DNA of 63,947 nt, the filler included, from Licmophora abbreviata (taxonomy: Eukaryota): assembly GCA_900291995.1 (NCBI GenBank). It is 8 parts of 8 records of this genome, joined end to end, with 100 filler letters (N's around TTAATTAATTAA, not from the genome) between each part and the next. Parts side by side here need not be neighbours in the genome. Positions count along the whole stretch, not along the records: positions 31,380 to 38,329 come from OLMU01002555.1; positions 38,430 to 42,637 come from OLMU01002556.1; positions 42,738 to 58,593 come from OLMU01002558.1; 5 more parts are not named here. The stretch is one strand, 5' to 3'. A program made the translations under genes and the position numbers. The notes beneath the pieces are model-generated. The model searched no databases. It saw only the letters and a list, made by a program, of their open reading frames with translations, and was not told the DNA's origin. Shown here in pieces: positions 33,993 through 45,383 of this stretch. The number at the start of each line of letters is the position of its first letter. Position 1 is the stretch's first letter.

Positions 33993-36728
33993 CTAGAAAT
34001 CATGAGGTCGCACAGGTGCACACGCAGGATACTCCACCTTTGGAGCATGCTCTCCTGAAGCTGTGATAATTTGTGGTAGCAGTGCATCGCCCCATTTTCT
34101 ATATTTGTCCGGGCTCCTTGTCCCAGTTCCATATCCATTTCCATCGGCGCATATTTCCGGGACGGAGATTGTGCGGTGTCGAATGACATTCCGATTACTA
34201 GAGTGATTTCGTCGTTCCCCAAGACGAGGCTTTCCTCGACCGACAGTGAGTCGACGCGTCGGTATGCTGCCCGCATGGGAAGATTCGCTGGCAAACAAAT
34301 CGTTTCGCGGCCTCTCGTCGGAAGACACATGGTGCGCTTCACTTCCGGAAATAGAAGCAGGACTGGTTTTCCTAAGAGTCCACCAGAACTGCAACTCTTC
34401 GGCAGCAGCCTGGATGTCTGACACACTAGGTATGGAGTTTTCTCGTTGAACGTCCACAAATACCACATAACTCGAATTCCGTTCGCAAAGCTGCCGCAGT
34501 AGAGTGGTCCTCGCTTCGGCATTCTTGTAGGCTTTCTTAGCAATGTCCAAAAGTTCTTCGCCCTTCTGCGTGAAGCCTGCAAAGCGGTCATGCCCACGGT
34601 TCGCTCCATTAAGTCGCTCGAGAGCCTCACTGGCGAGCTCGGCAATCGCAATGAACGAAAAGCAGCTTTCAATGCCGATTGAAATCTGAGTTTCCAATAC
34701 ATCTAGATTGGATGAGATTTTCTCCGTCCAGCTGAAGAGTTCGCGACTGCCTTCCAAAGTTCGAAGTGCTTCTTGGCGCTTTAACTGGTGCCACTGGGCC
34801 TGGCACAGCCAACGACAGGCAAGGGCCTCCAACTCATCCGCCCTTTTTGTGTCAAGTGATGTTTCGGAGGCACTGGATCCCTGCCTCCGGTCCGCAACGG
34901 CTCGCGATCGAATCGCCGAGGCACAGTTGCGAGCAAGCTGTAGCTCGGCTGCAGCTTCAGACAAAAGTGATTTTCGTTTCACCGCCGGGCACCCTTCCCT
35001 TACAAGAGTGCGCTCTATCGCTGCAATGCCAATGTTTGTGTGCGCCCGCCCGCGCAGTAGCAGCAAGTTGCGACGAATCATACGTGACTCCTCCGAGAAA
35101 TCGTTCGATTGATTTGCCATTCCATCATGCGCAACCTCCTGATCCTTGACAAGGTTTCGTGCGGAGCGAAAGAGCTCAAGTGCCTCTTCGAGCGGTTTCG
35201 ATGGAGAAAAAGGCCCTTGGTGACCGATGAGGGAGCTCATGGCGAGTAAATCATTTCCCAGTGCCATTGTCGATTCCCGCAAGCATTCTCTTGCATCCCA
35301 GATCTAATGACAGAGTCGGGTCGTGAGCCAACATGCAACTGTCAGAAAGAGGAAAGCAAACAGAATACGCACCTCATATTCATCTTCGTTCATCTCCATC
35401 GCCTTTGCTAGAATCAGTTTCATTCGCTCGATTTTGACTCGAACTCGCCGAATATCAACTTGCAGCTGCTGTATCTCAGTAGAATCCCCACCCCTATTGC
35501 CGAAGTGTTGTCGCGACTTTCCATCGCCACTCCCAGCCTCTTCGGCTTCTAACTCTTCGCGTGCCACCTGCAAGCCTTCCGCATCAACACCTAGCTTAGA
35601 TTTGATGGCTGTAAGAGACGACGTCATGGATGTCGACTCTTCCTCTTTCTTGGTTTCGACCCGGACGCGTAAACCAGTGGTAGCCACGTTCTCGACGTCG
35701 TCCTCGTCCTCGTCCTCGGACGAATCATCAATGACACGGCGCCGTTTGGGTTTTGCAACAGTAAAAGCCGTAGATGCCGACTCTTTTATTTGTGTCTTGT
35801 CGTCTTTTCTGTCACTACTCGTCATGCCACGCTTTTTGCTCTCCTTGTTGGGTGGTAACTGCATAGCTCGTTGCCATTCTTGAGTCGTCCATCCATTCGG
35901 CAAGACACCAAGTGGATGCGATACTTGAAAGTCGCTGGCTCGTCGCTCCAGCGAGAGATTCATATTTGGACTGGTTACGATTAATTTTTCCAGCTTGTCT
36001 TGCGTTATCATCTTCACGGTTCCACGGGTTCCTACATAGTGTTGTAGGTCTCGTACACAGGATTGTCGAAAGTCTTCCAATAACGTTTGTGCCTGTTTCG
36101 TGCGCGTTTCATGTTGATCCAAGCACGATTCAAACATCTGTGCACCTGAATCGACCAGAGTATCCCATTGAGTTGACAGCGCTCGCGGCAATTCGACCTG
36201 CAGTATCCCGACTTGCGAATCGTAAAGCTCGTCCCACCCAAAACCAGAATAACCAAGTTTGGACGAATACAAAACTGTATATCCATCGTTCCGATGTGAC
36301 TGTGTCGATAGCTTGGAGGCAAATTTCTTCGTCTTTGAATTTCGTTGTGCTTCACGCACGTCTCCTGGGTGACGACACTCGCCGCTCGTCAATAGTACTA
36401 GACCATCCCGGAGTCTCAGATACTGCGAAAAGACGTGCTGCAGCATCCTGGCAGATGTATCCATATCGTTGTCTTGCTGAAGTCGCTTCTTACATTCTTT
36501 CCAACAGTATTCAGAGAGTACACGCACGCCATATTCCAGAGACGTTCGCTTCGCAACAAGCTGCCTTAGCACAAACTGAGCCCGGTCGACCGCTCTTGTG
36601 GCTGCCGCGAGTCGCCTTTGTTGCTCGTCCTCCCTGTTCCAACGCTTTGACTTTTTCTTGTGACATTTCAAAACTGAACTCTTCAGAGCACTGCAGGCCA
36701 AATCGATGACACTAGATTCGTCATCCAT
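33993..36728 (-). CDS. Uncharacterised ~890-aa helical (TPR-like C-terminal half) protein, one intron ~35303-35372
   Basis: Two long same-strand ORFs joined by a gtgcgt...ttag intron. NLS-like KPKRRRV and an acidic linker. Confidence 0.65.
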
Positions 36729-36998
36729 GGTGCTGGATCATGATGTGTGGTGTTTGCTGATGCGGCACGCTCTCTGCATCCACAACTAGTGTCATGGTCG
36801 CGCCGCCAATTATTGTGAGAATTGATGCACAGACATGCAAGCTTCATCTTTCGTGCGGAGTACCATTTTGAGATGGACATTTCTCACCCATCACCCATCA
36901 ATCACACAGATGAGAGATGAACTGCGTCAGAAATTCTCAATTCCATCCGTCTCGAGCTCACAATCTGACCTGCACTCTCTGCCAAAGCCAAGTCCACC

Positions 36999-37595
36999 AT
37001 GGCGTCGTTGTCGCTGTCCATGCTGTCGTTGCGACGGCGCTCTGCAGTGGCCCTTCGACGGTCCTTTGCGACACGCCGGAAGCAACCTGTGTCCAGCAGT
37101 AGCTTGGACCCTGTACAACGCGAGGCTGCATTGAAGGACGCCAACGCCAAACTACGAGAAATGAAGGCGAATCGACCGTCCCTCGAAGTATTACGGCAGT
37201 CGAAACAGAAAAATGCCCATCGTGGAAACGAACATCGACTCCAGATCATGATGGTAGGCGCCTTCCTTGCAGCCTTTCTCGGAACGCCCTTTTTGGGACG
37301 GCGGATCGCGCAAGATGCCGACTTTCGGGAATCGTACGTTCCGGCGTGGTATGACTTTACGCTCAAGAAACCGGATCATGTCTTGACGCGACAAGAAATA
37401 CATGAACAGATTGTGCAGGTACAGAAGGAATTGCATGAACGGGCGATTCGGGGTGAATTTTCCGAAGAGAAGTTGAAAAACATGAGGAGGCATTTTGCGA
37501 ATCGAGCACCCGAGGAACACGGATGGGACTTGCTGCATCCTGGAATCGATGAAGATGAAGATATCTTTGATGATGACGACGACGACGAAGAATGA
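36999..37595 (+). CDS. Putative mitochondrial single-pass membrane protein of unknown function
   Basis: Arg/Ser/Leu-rich presequence ending RRSFA, one TM helix, acidic tail. Confidence 0.7.
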   Translation: MASLSLSMLSLRRRSAVALRRSFATRRKQPVSSSSLDPVQREAALKDANAKLREMKANRPSLEVLRQSKQKNAHRGNEHRLQIMMVGAFLAAFLGTPFLGRRIAQDADFRESYVPAWYDFTLKKPDHVLTRQEIHEQIVQVQKELHERAIRGEFSEEKLKNMRRHFANRAPEEHGWDLLHPGIDEDEDIFDDDDDDEE

Positions 37596-37800
37596 TGAGT
37601 AAGAGACGCTGTAGTCGTCTTCACGGTGCGATACGCGCTGCTCTGGCTCGAGACTCCCGTCGATAACTCAAGCGGCGACGTGTATGATCTTTGCCATGAT
37701 AGAAGCAGCCGCCCTATACGCCACAGCAAACAGCGCCATTGTAATAAACTATCTTACATGGGCATAATTTTACGGAGCGACACTCGCTGTAGCTATCTAG

Positions 37801-38257
37801 CTAGTCGTCGTCCAAGTCATCTAAATCGTCATCGTCGCCTTCCAGAAACAAATCGCTCTGCACCTTGGCCGCCACATGCTCTACGTCATCACCATTCGCC
37901 TCATCGCCGCCCGTTTCTTCCACAGTCGTTTCCAACTGATCGTCATCATCTTTGAACAGTTCCCGCTTGTACTCGTACAGGTCTCTTCCACTGAGGACTG
38001 CCAGTCCCTTGCCTCCCTTTTTCTTTTTCAGTTCCGCTTCGACTAGTTTCTTGGCCGCGTCGGCCTTGGCTTTCCGTTTTCGTTCCTGCCATGCTTTGAA
38101 TGATTCCTCCGTCACGGGAGTGCCCGCGTTGCCACTCTTTTTCAGTTCTGCCACCTTGGCCTGTCGTTCAGACTCAATCCTGTCTTCGAGTGTTGGCACG
38201 TAGTTTGGATCTTCCCGGAGTCGAGCTTCCATTTCCTGAGCGTCCATTTGGTACATC
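37801..38257 (-). CDS. Last exon of ZC3H15/Tma46 (DFRP1) homolog; 5' part lost in gap
   Basis: TLEDRIESER...TPVTEESFKAWQERKRK...LSGRDLYEYKRELFKDDD matches the DFRP C-terminal domain. Confidence 0.8.
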
Positions 38258-38329
38258 CTTTGGAGAGAAAAAGACAAAAGAAGTTAGAGTCCATATTGCT
38301 ACACATGTAACGTTACGAGCAAGATCTGA

Positions 38330-38429
38330 NNNNNNNNNNNNNNNNNNNNNNNNNNNNNNNNNNNNNNNNNNNNTTAATTAATTAANNNNNNNNNNNNNNN
38401 NNNNNNNNNNNNNNNNNNNNNNNNNNNNN
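38330..38429. other. Assembly spacer
   Basis: N44-TTAATTAATTAA-N44. Confidence 0.99.
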
Positions 38430-38868
38430 AAGTGTTTTCATAACAGTTGTGCTTGCCACTATAATATAGAGAGTTTACTCATTCCCGAGGATCGTCCTAG
38501 TAGAGTTGTACTTTGGCGCCCTCGCTTCAGCACCAGCGGCAAGCTCAGGGTGTCCACGATGACGTCGCTTGTGCGTATTGACTGTTACGAGTACATAGGA
38601 TAGCTTGTTCAGATATATGGCACGGAGTTGAGGCCAGCATGGAATGCGTCATTCGAGGCAGTTCTGGAATAAGAATTCGTCCAAGTGGAGGAAGGCCTTA
38701 TGTAACAAAAGTCACAAACTCACGCACTGTCGATTTTTTCATCGTATATGCTTCTCGTAGAACCTACAGGCAAGCTTTATTCACCAATCAGAACTGCTCG
38801 ACATACCGGTGTACAACTTTTGTCTTTTGCCACCACGCGACCAACTATCCCGCCAACAAACCGTGAAC

Positions 38869-41481
38869 ATGGAGTTGGTGGGGGAGCTTCCTCCCGCAGC
38901 AGCGGTCTTTGGAAACGTCGCGATGAACGGAGACGAATACGTCCGCTGCAATAGTTGTGGCTATGGTGGATGCGACGTGCGAGTTGCTGGATGTGGTTGC
39001 ACCTTGCACTCGAGGTAAGCTGAAGATACTTTTCGATCTTCCTCCTGTCCTGTACAATTTGTACTAGAATCTACGTGCTTCGGCGGGTCACGCCATGAGA
39101 ATTGTAGCGATTTTCGGCGCCTTCCTTTCATTACTGTTGCTTTTCAGCGTCTGTCAAGTCAGTTGTAACTCAGCGGTTGAATGGGATTGAGAAATTTGCA
39201 ATATAACCTTTGTCTGGCTCATTCTCTTCACTGGATCGCGTGAATTTGTCCGAGGGTTGGGACTTCTTCTGCCTCGGTTGGGCCCTACGTGACTGCAGTA
39301 CAAAATTTTCACTGTTCCCCATGCATCCCACTCACGCCATGCTATTGCCCTGGATTTGCCTTCACACAGATGCATCGCCATCAGTGACAAGTCGCGAATT
39401 GTCGCATGTCCTCAATGTGCGAAAGCCACGACAGGAGTTGTTCTCTTTCCCATGTCGTTCCGTGAGATCGACGAGGCCCGCAAGTCAGCTACTAGCGTCC
39501 CCCCCACCTCCTTGCCCGGTCGCAGGGGACGAAAGCGCAAGACCTCTGACGATGGATCAGGGCCGTCGAGCGAAAAGGGGGCGGAGTGTCGTACCGGCCG
39601 CTGGACGACGGAAGAAATGGCGTTCTGCGACAAGCTCATCGCTTCCTTCGAGTCTGGAAAGCTGCCCCTTTCACCTGGGACGAAACTCAACGAGTTCCTT
39701 GGCACGATGCTCAAGTCCAAGCAGTCGCGCCTCACCAAGAAGATGAAAAACGCCAAGCTCAGCACCAAGACCTTTGAGCGAGAGGTGGGATATTTGCGCG
39801 ATCGGAGGGAAGCTCGCGAATTCTCCCAGACTGAAGAGGCGTTCTTTCTCTCGATTGTTTGCCCGCTGGAACGTGCTGAAGTCAAGTTCCACATGCAAAA
39901 ACAGTGGCGTGAGCACTTTAGTGGCCTCTGCGTTTCCGCAGGACAGCCGCTTGACGCTGACGCTTGGTTGAATAGCGTTGAAGAGATGGACCGCCGCTCA
40001 AGGGAAGCGAAGGACGCAGCCAGGGTGGCACGGCGCAAGCTCATGATGGGCTACGCTCTACAGGCCGATTCTTCCGTTCGAGAGCAAGGTGTCTTCATCG
40101 AGAAGTCAGATCTTGATGCTCATATCGACGCGTCGCAGGCGGAGGCGGCGAAGCTAGTTGGTGCTGAGGAAGCCCATGACGCTGACGAGTTGCTTTCCAT
40201 GCTCACAGAGAAAGCTCGCGCAGAGAGTGAAGACGATCACTTTGCGATGGGAGACGCGGTTGGGAAAAGCAGCCTTCTCCACTCTGCACCGTTTCTTGAC
40301 AGGGTTCTCGCATATATTCAAAGGCACCATGTCCCGTTCGAGCACATCGATGTCTGGGTCCCCTCGTTTGTCCCCGGGGACTCAGACGGCCTTTTGGGTG
40401 AAGCGCCATCGTGCCGCCTCTGCTTTGCAGGTTGCGCCACTGTAGAGTCCAGGTTCGACCCCGAGAAGAAGGCGACCGTTCCACTGGCCAGCGAGGAGCA
40501 GTTCAACCTTCTCGCTTTTGGAGACTACAGCCAGAAGTTCTCCTTTGACGTGGGCTGCGGTCTGCCCGGACGCGTCTATCAGTCGGGCCTACCAACGTGG
40601 GAACAGAGTGTACATAACGCCCCACAGGGCCATTTTGAACGTTGTGGAGGTGCACGCCAGTGGGGAATCAAGACAGTGGTTGGAGTTCCAATCGCGAGCC
40701 CTAACGTTGGCCGAATTGTCGTGACGCTTTACTCCCGATACGACAGGGAGAAGGACCAGGATCTAGTGCGACGTTTGTCGGAGGAGTTTACGAAAGTAAG
40801 TGGAATGCTCGATCTGAGATTGAAGAGCCAGAACCGCTACAGAATTTTAGGTTCTCATGTAATTGTTTATCCTCTGCACTGTGGCTTCAGCTGATTCCGT
40901 CTCCCAAGTGGAAATTGGTCGTCGACGTCGGAGATGCTGACACCGCCGACCCTCCTTCAATTGAGAATGCGACCGGCGCTTCGCAGGTCGATTTTCTGGA
41001 CGGTATTCTGGAAAATAATGACACCGACAAGAAGGAAGAGATCATTTCTCTTCTCGGAAAATTCATGCCGTCGGATCCCTCGTCGCCGAACTACACCTAC
41101 CTCCAGGGTTTCATGTCGCTAAGACTAATGCTATTGCGCCCTACCAAGTCCTCTGAGGAGGAGGAGATGATGCGAACAATCCTCGGCTCATTCGCATCTT
41201 ACTCGGATGGGGGAAGATCGCAGGATGATATTGCGATGATGCTCGCTCGAGATTATCTGTTTCTGGCCGCCGGAGCGCAACAGATTCAGCAAGAGCCTCA
41301 GTTCCTTGAGATCGGACAGAGCATGATGTCGTCAGGGCCTGGGGTTGGCCTTTCTGGCATGTCCTTCTTTGGGCTCGCCGTATCCGATGCCACACCAAAC
41401 TCAAGCTTTCCGAATTCCCCAGCTCTTGCGCCCATCAACCCTGGATCTGGGCCTGACACGCTCTCCATAGTGTCGAACTAA
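38869..41481 (+). CDS. RING-like + Myb/SANT-like + NLP-type GAF domain putative transcriptional regulator (exons 38869-39014, 39370-40795, 40891-41481)
   Basis: Spliced CNSC...CGCTLHSR/C...CPQC, NLS RRGRKRK, RTGRWTTEE...LIASFESGKLPL, then FEHIDVWVP...FSFDVGCGLPGRVYQSGLPTW...GIKTVVGVPI. Confidence 0.75.
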
Positions 41482-42101
41482 CGTTCAAGTTATTGAAAAT
41501 CGCGTGGTGGCAACGGGGACCAATCACGAAACACACTATTTGGGAATCGCACACTTTTTCACACTCTCTACAAAGTGAAGTTTCCCAGTAGGCTCACTTT
41601 TGATGTTGATAAGAGCCTCCTGGTGATCCTTCTGTTATATGTCTTAGCACCTGTGCTACCTTCTCGGCACGGTGCATTTTTGAAGTTTTTGAGCTTGTTT
41701 TGACTTTCGAGTGAATGTTTTAAGTCTCTTTCGAGTAAATGAAACACTAATGCATTTTTCACAGTTTTCATCTACGCCATACGCGGCAAGCATATATCTG
41801 TACCGTACCCTTCGTAATAGAGTATCGACATGCTTCAAGTGGCCCACGACAAGCATGTACACAACTGTCTCACAGCCGGGACCTCGATTCTCATGGTTTG
41901 GCGAACGGCAAGATAAATGGTTATCGAACGCAAGCGGCGCAATCAACGGGCACCGCGGTTGTGATGTCGGGTACAAGCTCAATTCTTGGACCAGCCAGAT
42001 TCCCGTCGATATAGAGCATCGGCTACCGTACAGACGAGCTAATTCGATGAATACTTACTACATAAAAATTACAACAAAATGGGTGTTCAACTAAACATTC
42101 A

Positions 42102-42578
42102 TCATGAGAAAGCTGGCCCAGAAATCGCGTTATTCGGAGGGGCAGCAAGAGGGTTCATGCCGTTCGCCTCAGATGTCGAGGCGTGGAATCCATTCTGAAT
42201 CGGTTGGTCAGACGGCTGCTGGGAGAGCATCATGTAGTCCCGAGCCAGTAACAGCGCGATGTCAGACTTAGATCGCCCCGACGAAACGTACGACGAATAA
42301 GACGCCAGAAGAGTCAAGAGCGCCTGGCTGTCGCGGGGAGAATGCGCAGGCTTGGTGAACATCAACTCCAGTGAAGTAAAACCGGGAAGGAACCCCGCTA
42401 GAGGAGAAGTCGAATCAGTCGGTGTGTTGTCTCGTAGAATCTGAAGGACCTCTGCTACACGGCTATCGGTTGCAACAACCGTGGTCGACTCGGACAGAGC
42501 GGCATCTTCCGACTCTTGCCTCGCGAGATTTGGGTTGCCAATGTCGACGACAAGCTTCCATTTTGGTGATGGTACAAG
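42102..42578 (-). CDS. Last exon of a paralog of the 38869 gene; the rest is lost in the gap (possible N-terminus MMSASGDLYG... at 42791-42738)
   Basis: After a cag acceptor the exon reads LVPSPKWKLVVDIG...GFTSLELM...SYSSYVSSGRSKSDIALLLARDY. The paralog reads LIPSPKWKLVVDVG...GFMSLRLM...SFASYSDGGRSQDDIAMMLARDY at the same intron position. Confidence 0.85.
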   Translation of the reverse strand, partial: LVPSPKWKLVVDIGNPNLARQESEDAALSESTTVVATDSRVAEVLQILRDNTPTDSTSPLAGFLPGFTSLELMFTKPAHSPRDSQALLTLLASYSSYVSSGRSKSDIALLLARDYMMLSQQPSDQPIQNGFHASTSEANGMNPLAAPPNNAISGPAFS

Positions 42579-42637
42579 CTGCGGATCAAGAGAACAACCA
42601 GAAAATGGATAAGCTATTTGTCAATGCACGACGTGTT

Positions 42638-42737
42638 NNNNNNNNNNNNNNNNNNNNNNNNNNNNNNNNNNNNNNNNNNNNTTAATTAATTAANNNNNNN
42701 NNNNNNNNNNNNNNNNNNNNNNNNNNNNNNNNNNNNN
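42638..42737. other. Assembly spacer
   Basis: N44-TTAATTAATTAA-N44. Confidence 0.99.
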
Positions 42738-43079
42738 AGTCGCTGCCGCCACAAGCGGGGCTCCATACAAATCGCCGCTGGCTGACATCATGGTGCACCT
42801 CGTTTTGTGGTCGGAAACCAAGCTTCCAAACTTCCGAACCATATCGGGAGGTGTGTGGATAATACGTAAATATTCTATACGATACTGAATACTTTGGAGT
42901 ATTGGAGAAATATCATCCGTGTTCGAGCTTTGAGCTCCGTATAAACCGTCATCATTTGAACAAAAAAGGATTGACCATCTGAACAGCAACGTAACTCGTA
43001 TGGTAACATCAGGCACACATCGGCGCACATCATATGAGATGGCTTTGATGGGTACCACCATCATCAGCGCCGCCCCACG

Positions 43080-43841
43080 ATGCCTCAAAGAGGCCGACGC
43101 ACAAGATTTTACCACCTCATAGGGTACACTTTACTATTTTCCCATTGGATGCTCAGCGATGGAGTGCATGGGCGGGTGCTAAGCCCACACGAACTTGCCG
43201 TCGGCGACTGGGACCTTCGGCTCACATGCTCGCCTTGGCAGAACAGCGATCTCTCGCAGCTCTTGTTTCCGCACTCACAAAAATCACTCACATCACAATC
43301 AATAGAATCACCAAGATGGAGATTTTGGAAGTCGCTGGCGGTCCCTTGTCGTCTCTCTTTGTATCCAAACGGCACCTTCGACGTTGCTCCTGACCACACC
43401 AGCAAACAAGCGCCGCCATCAGAGAATGAGCCACAGAACGCAATTAAGTCCCTACGTGGCAAGTGGAAGCTCCAGCGCAATCCGTATTGTGTAACCGACC
43501 GGCAATACGACCAACTGATACTAGAATCATATCCGCGAGTGCAGAAGAAATGGTTTCCCACCGCCAATGAGGTACAGGTACTTCAGAAGGTGGACTTAAA
43601 GCTGCAATGTCGTATTTGGGGTCGATATGGATCGGACGCGATACGGGAATCTGTTGGACTTGGACAACAGCGAAGTATGGGAAGAATGACACACGGTACA
43701 GTATTGTGGCATGTTCGCAGTACACATCCCGATGAGGAACTGCCCTGGTGGAAAGCTAGACGAGTGTGTGCAACGTTTTCCGCCCGACCAAGGGATGACG
43801 CTATTTATCCAGACGATGAAACAGACGACCTTTACACTTGA
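43080..43841 (+). CDS. Uncharacterised protein with signal peptide (beta-rich, Trp-rich)
   Basis: 253-aa ORF with a hydrophobic N-terminus, VGDWDL, LYPNGTF, GKWKL. Confidence 0.6.
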   Translation: MPQRGRRTRFYHLIGYTLLFSHWMLSDGVHGRVLSPHELAVGDWDLRLTCSPWQNSDLSQLLFPHSQKSLTSQSIESPRWRFWKSLAVPCRLSLYPNGTFDVAPDHTSKQAPPSENEPQNAIKSLRGKWKLQRNPYCVTDRQYDQLILESYPRVQKKWFPTANEVQVLQKVDLKLQCRIWGRYGSDAIRESVGLGQQRSMGRMTHGTVLWHVRSTHPDEELPWWKARRVCATFSARPRDDAIYPDDETDDLYT

Positions 43842-43856
43842 TCATCTAAATTGAAA

Positions 43857-44940
43857 CTAGGAAGTGACTTCACGTTGTTGCGCGTCAAACAGAATGCATG
43901 ACTCTCCTTCGCCCGAGCAGAGCCGGGCGCTTCGCCTGTGCCAGGTAGTGATCGCCCCGACAAGTTTGGCGCTCTCCACGGTACTATAAAATGAGCTCCG
44001 AGCATCGTCTACCAATACACTGGGCATTGATTTCACATAGGTCGAACAATCCTTGAGTCGATGTCGATGTCGACGCTCCACGTGTGCGGCCTCTTTCAGT
44101 CGGCCGAGCATTTCCAAACCCTGTATTTGTAGGTGAACGCCCCGAAGAACCATCCAGTCACAAACCACCAAGAGCTCCTCCCCAGCAAGTTTTGTCATCG
44201 AGGCAGCGAACAACTTTCCCTCGCGTTCCAATTTTTGGCCGATAAGAGTGAGAGCCCCTCCGTCACGAAGTCTCGTAGCAACACCAATGGCTTCCTCGTA
44301 CAGCTTAGGTCTAAGCGAGTAGCGAATCAGACTCGCTTCTCCAAAGTACCGCTGGACTAATGCTGTCAACCTACTTGTCGAGTGCTTCTTCACACCGACA
44401 CAGTTTTGCCGAGTCAAGAGCAAGCTCATCACAGAACCGACTGAGGGCTCCGCTCTCCAGAATATCTATCACCCCAGCGCAGACAGTGTCAGACACAGCA
44501 TTCTGCGCCCGTGGTATATGCTCAAACGCAACAGCGTCAACATACTTGTTGCTCGTAACTGCATCAACAAGACTAGCTGCTTTGTCGTGCTTCGATCGCA
44601 GTTTTCTGGGCACAGCGTCCCCGTTCCACTGGGCGATGATTGCTTTGCAGTCGCCTTGAACGTGCAATATCCCGTCATGCTTTTCCCACCACTCTTCACG
44701 TTGACGACAAAGCCAATCTAGGCCAAACAAAAGCCCTTCATACTCCACATCTGCCGAGGTAATCTCTGGAACCATGGCAATTGGCTTTCCTCCCAAAACC
44801 ATTGGCTCATCTCGCTGTTCCGAAAACATTGCAAAGGAACACGATGCCATCCGACCAAGACCGGTCGTCGGGAAACCTGGATCTCTTGGGGCTCGCAGCG
44901 AGCCGTCAAATTGAAGGACTATATATAGAATCCACCACAT
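43857..44940 (-). CDS. Stand-alone RNase HI-like protein with C-terminal helical extension (intron ~44320-44370; the true start may lie in a short upstream exon near 44986)
   Basis: LQFDGS, SADVEYEGLLFGL, VQGDCKAIIAQ, FEHIPRAQNAVSD. All four D-E-D-D acidic residues are present. Confidence 0.75.
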
Positions 44941-45383
44941 TCGACATTGAAAATCCCATTACCTTCAACAGACGTACGCCAAAGCATCACAACTTATCAT
45001 CATCACGGTCGAAGCCGGCGGGTTGATGACTGAGAGTGACGAGAGTGTTTTGTTGTGGCATCGCGGATCACGCCGAGGCACCACAGCCGCGCGCCTCGCG
45101 TTGCGTCGAGTTATGGTCTGGCGTAACGGTACCGTGTGTAGTGTGTAGGGTTTCCGAGAGCTCATCGGAGCTCAAGTTATAAAGTTTAACGAGCGGACTG
45201 CTTCTATCGACGCACTAAGAGAAAGGCATCGATCAGTTATTCAACGATCAAGCGCCATCGAACTTCTTTTTTAGTACTCTACTACCTCGTACAAGGTATC
45301 AAAGAAGAAATTGCGACAAGAAGGGCTTGCCCTTAAATTCACCAAGTCGATACGCAAGTATGACGAGCACGGCGACCGTATGC

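Noticed and set aside
44371..44940. RNase H as evidence of a retrotransposon
   Set aside because: No RT, integrase, gag or LTR is nearby, and the gene has a spliceosomal intron and tight host-gene neighbours.
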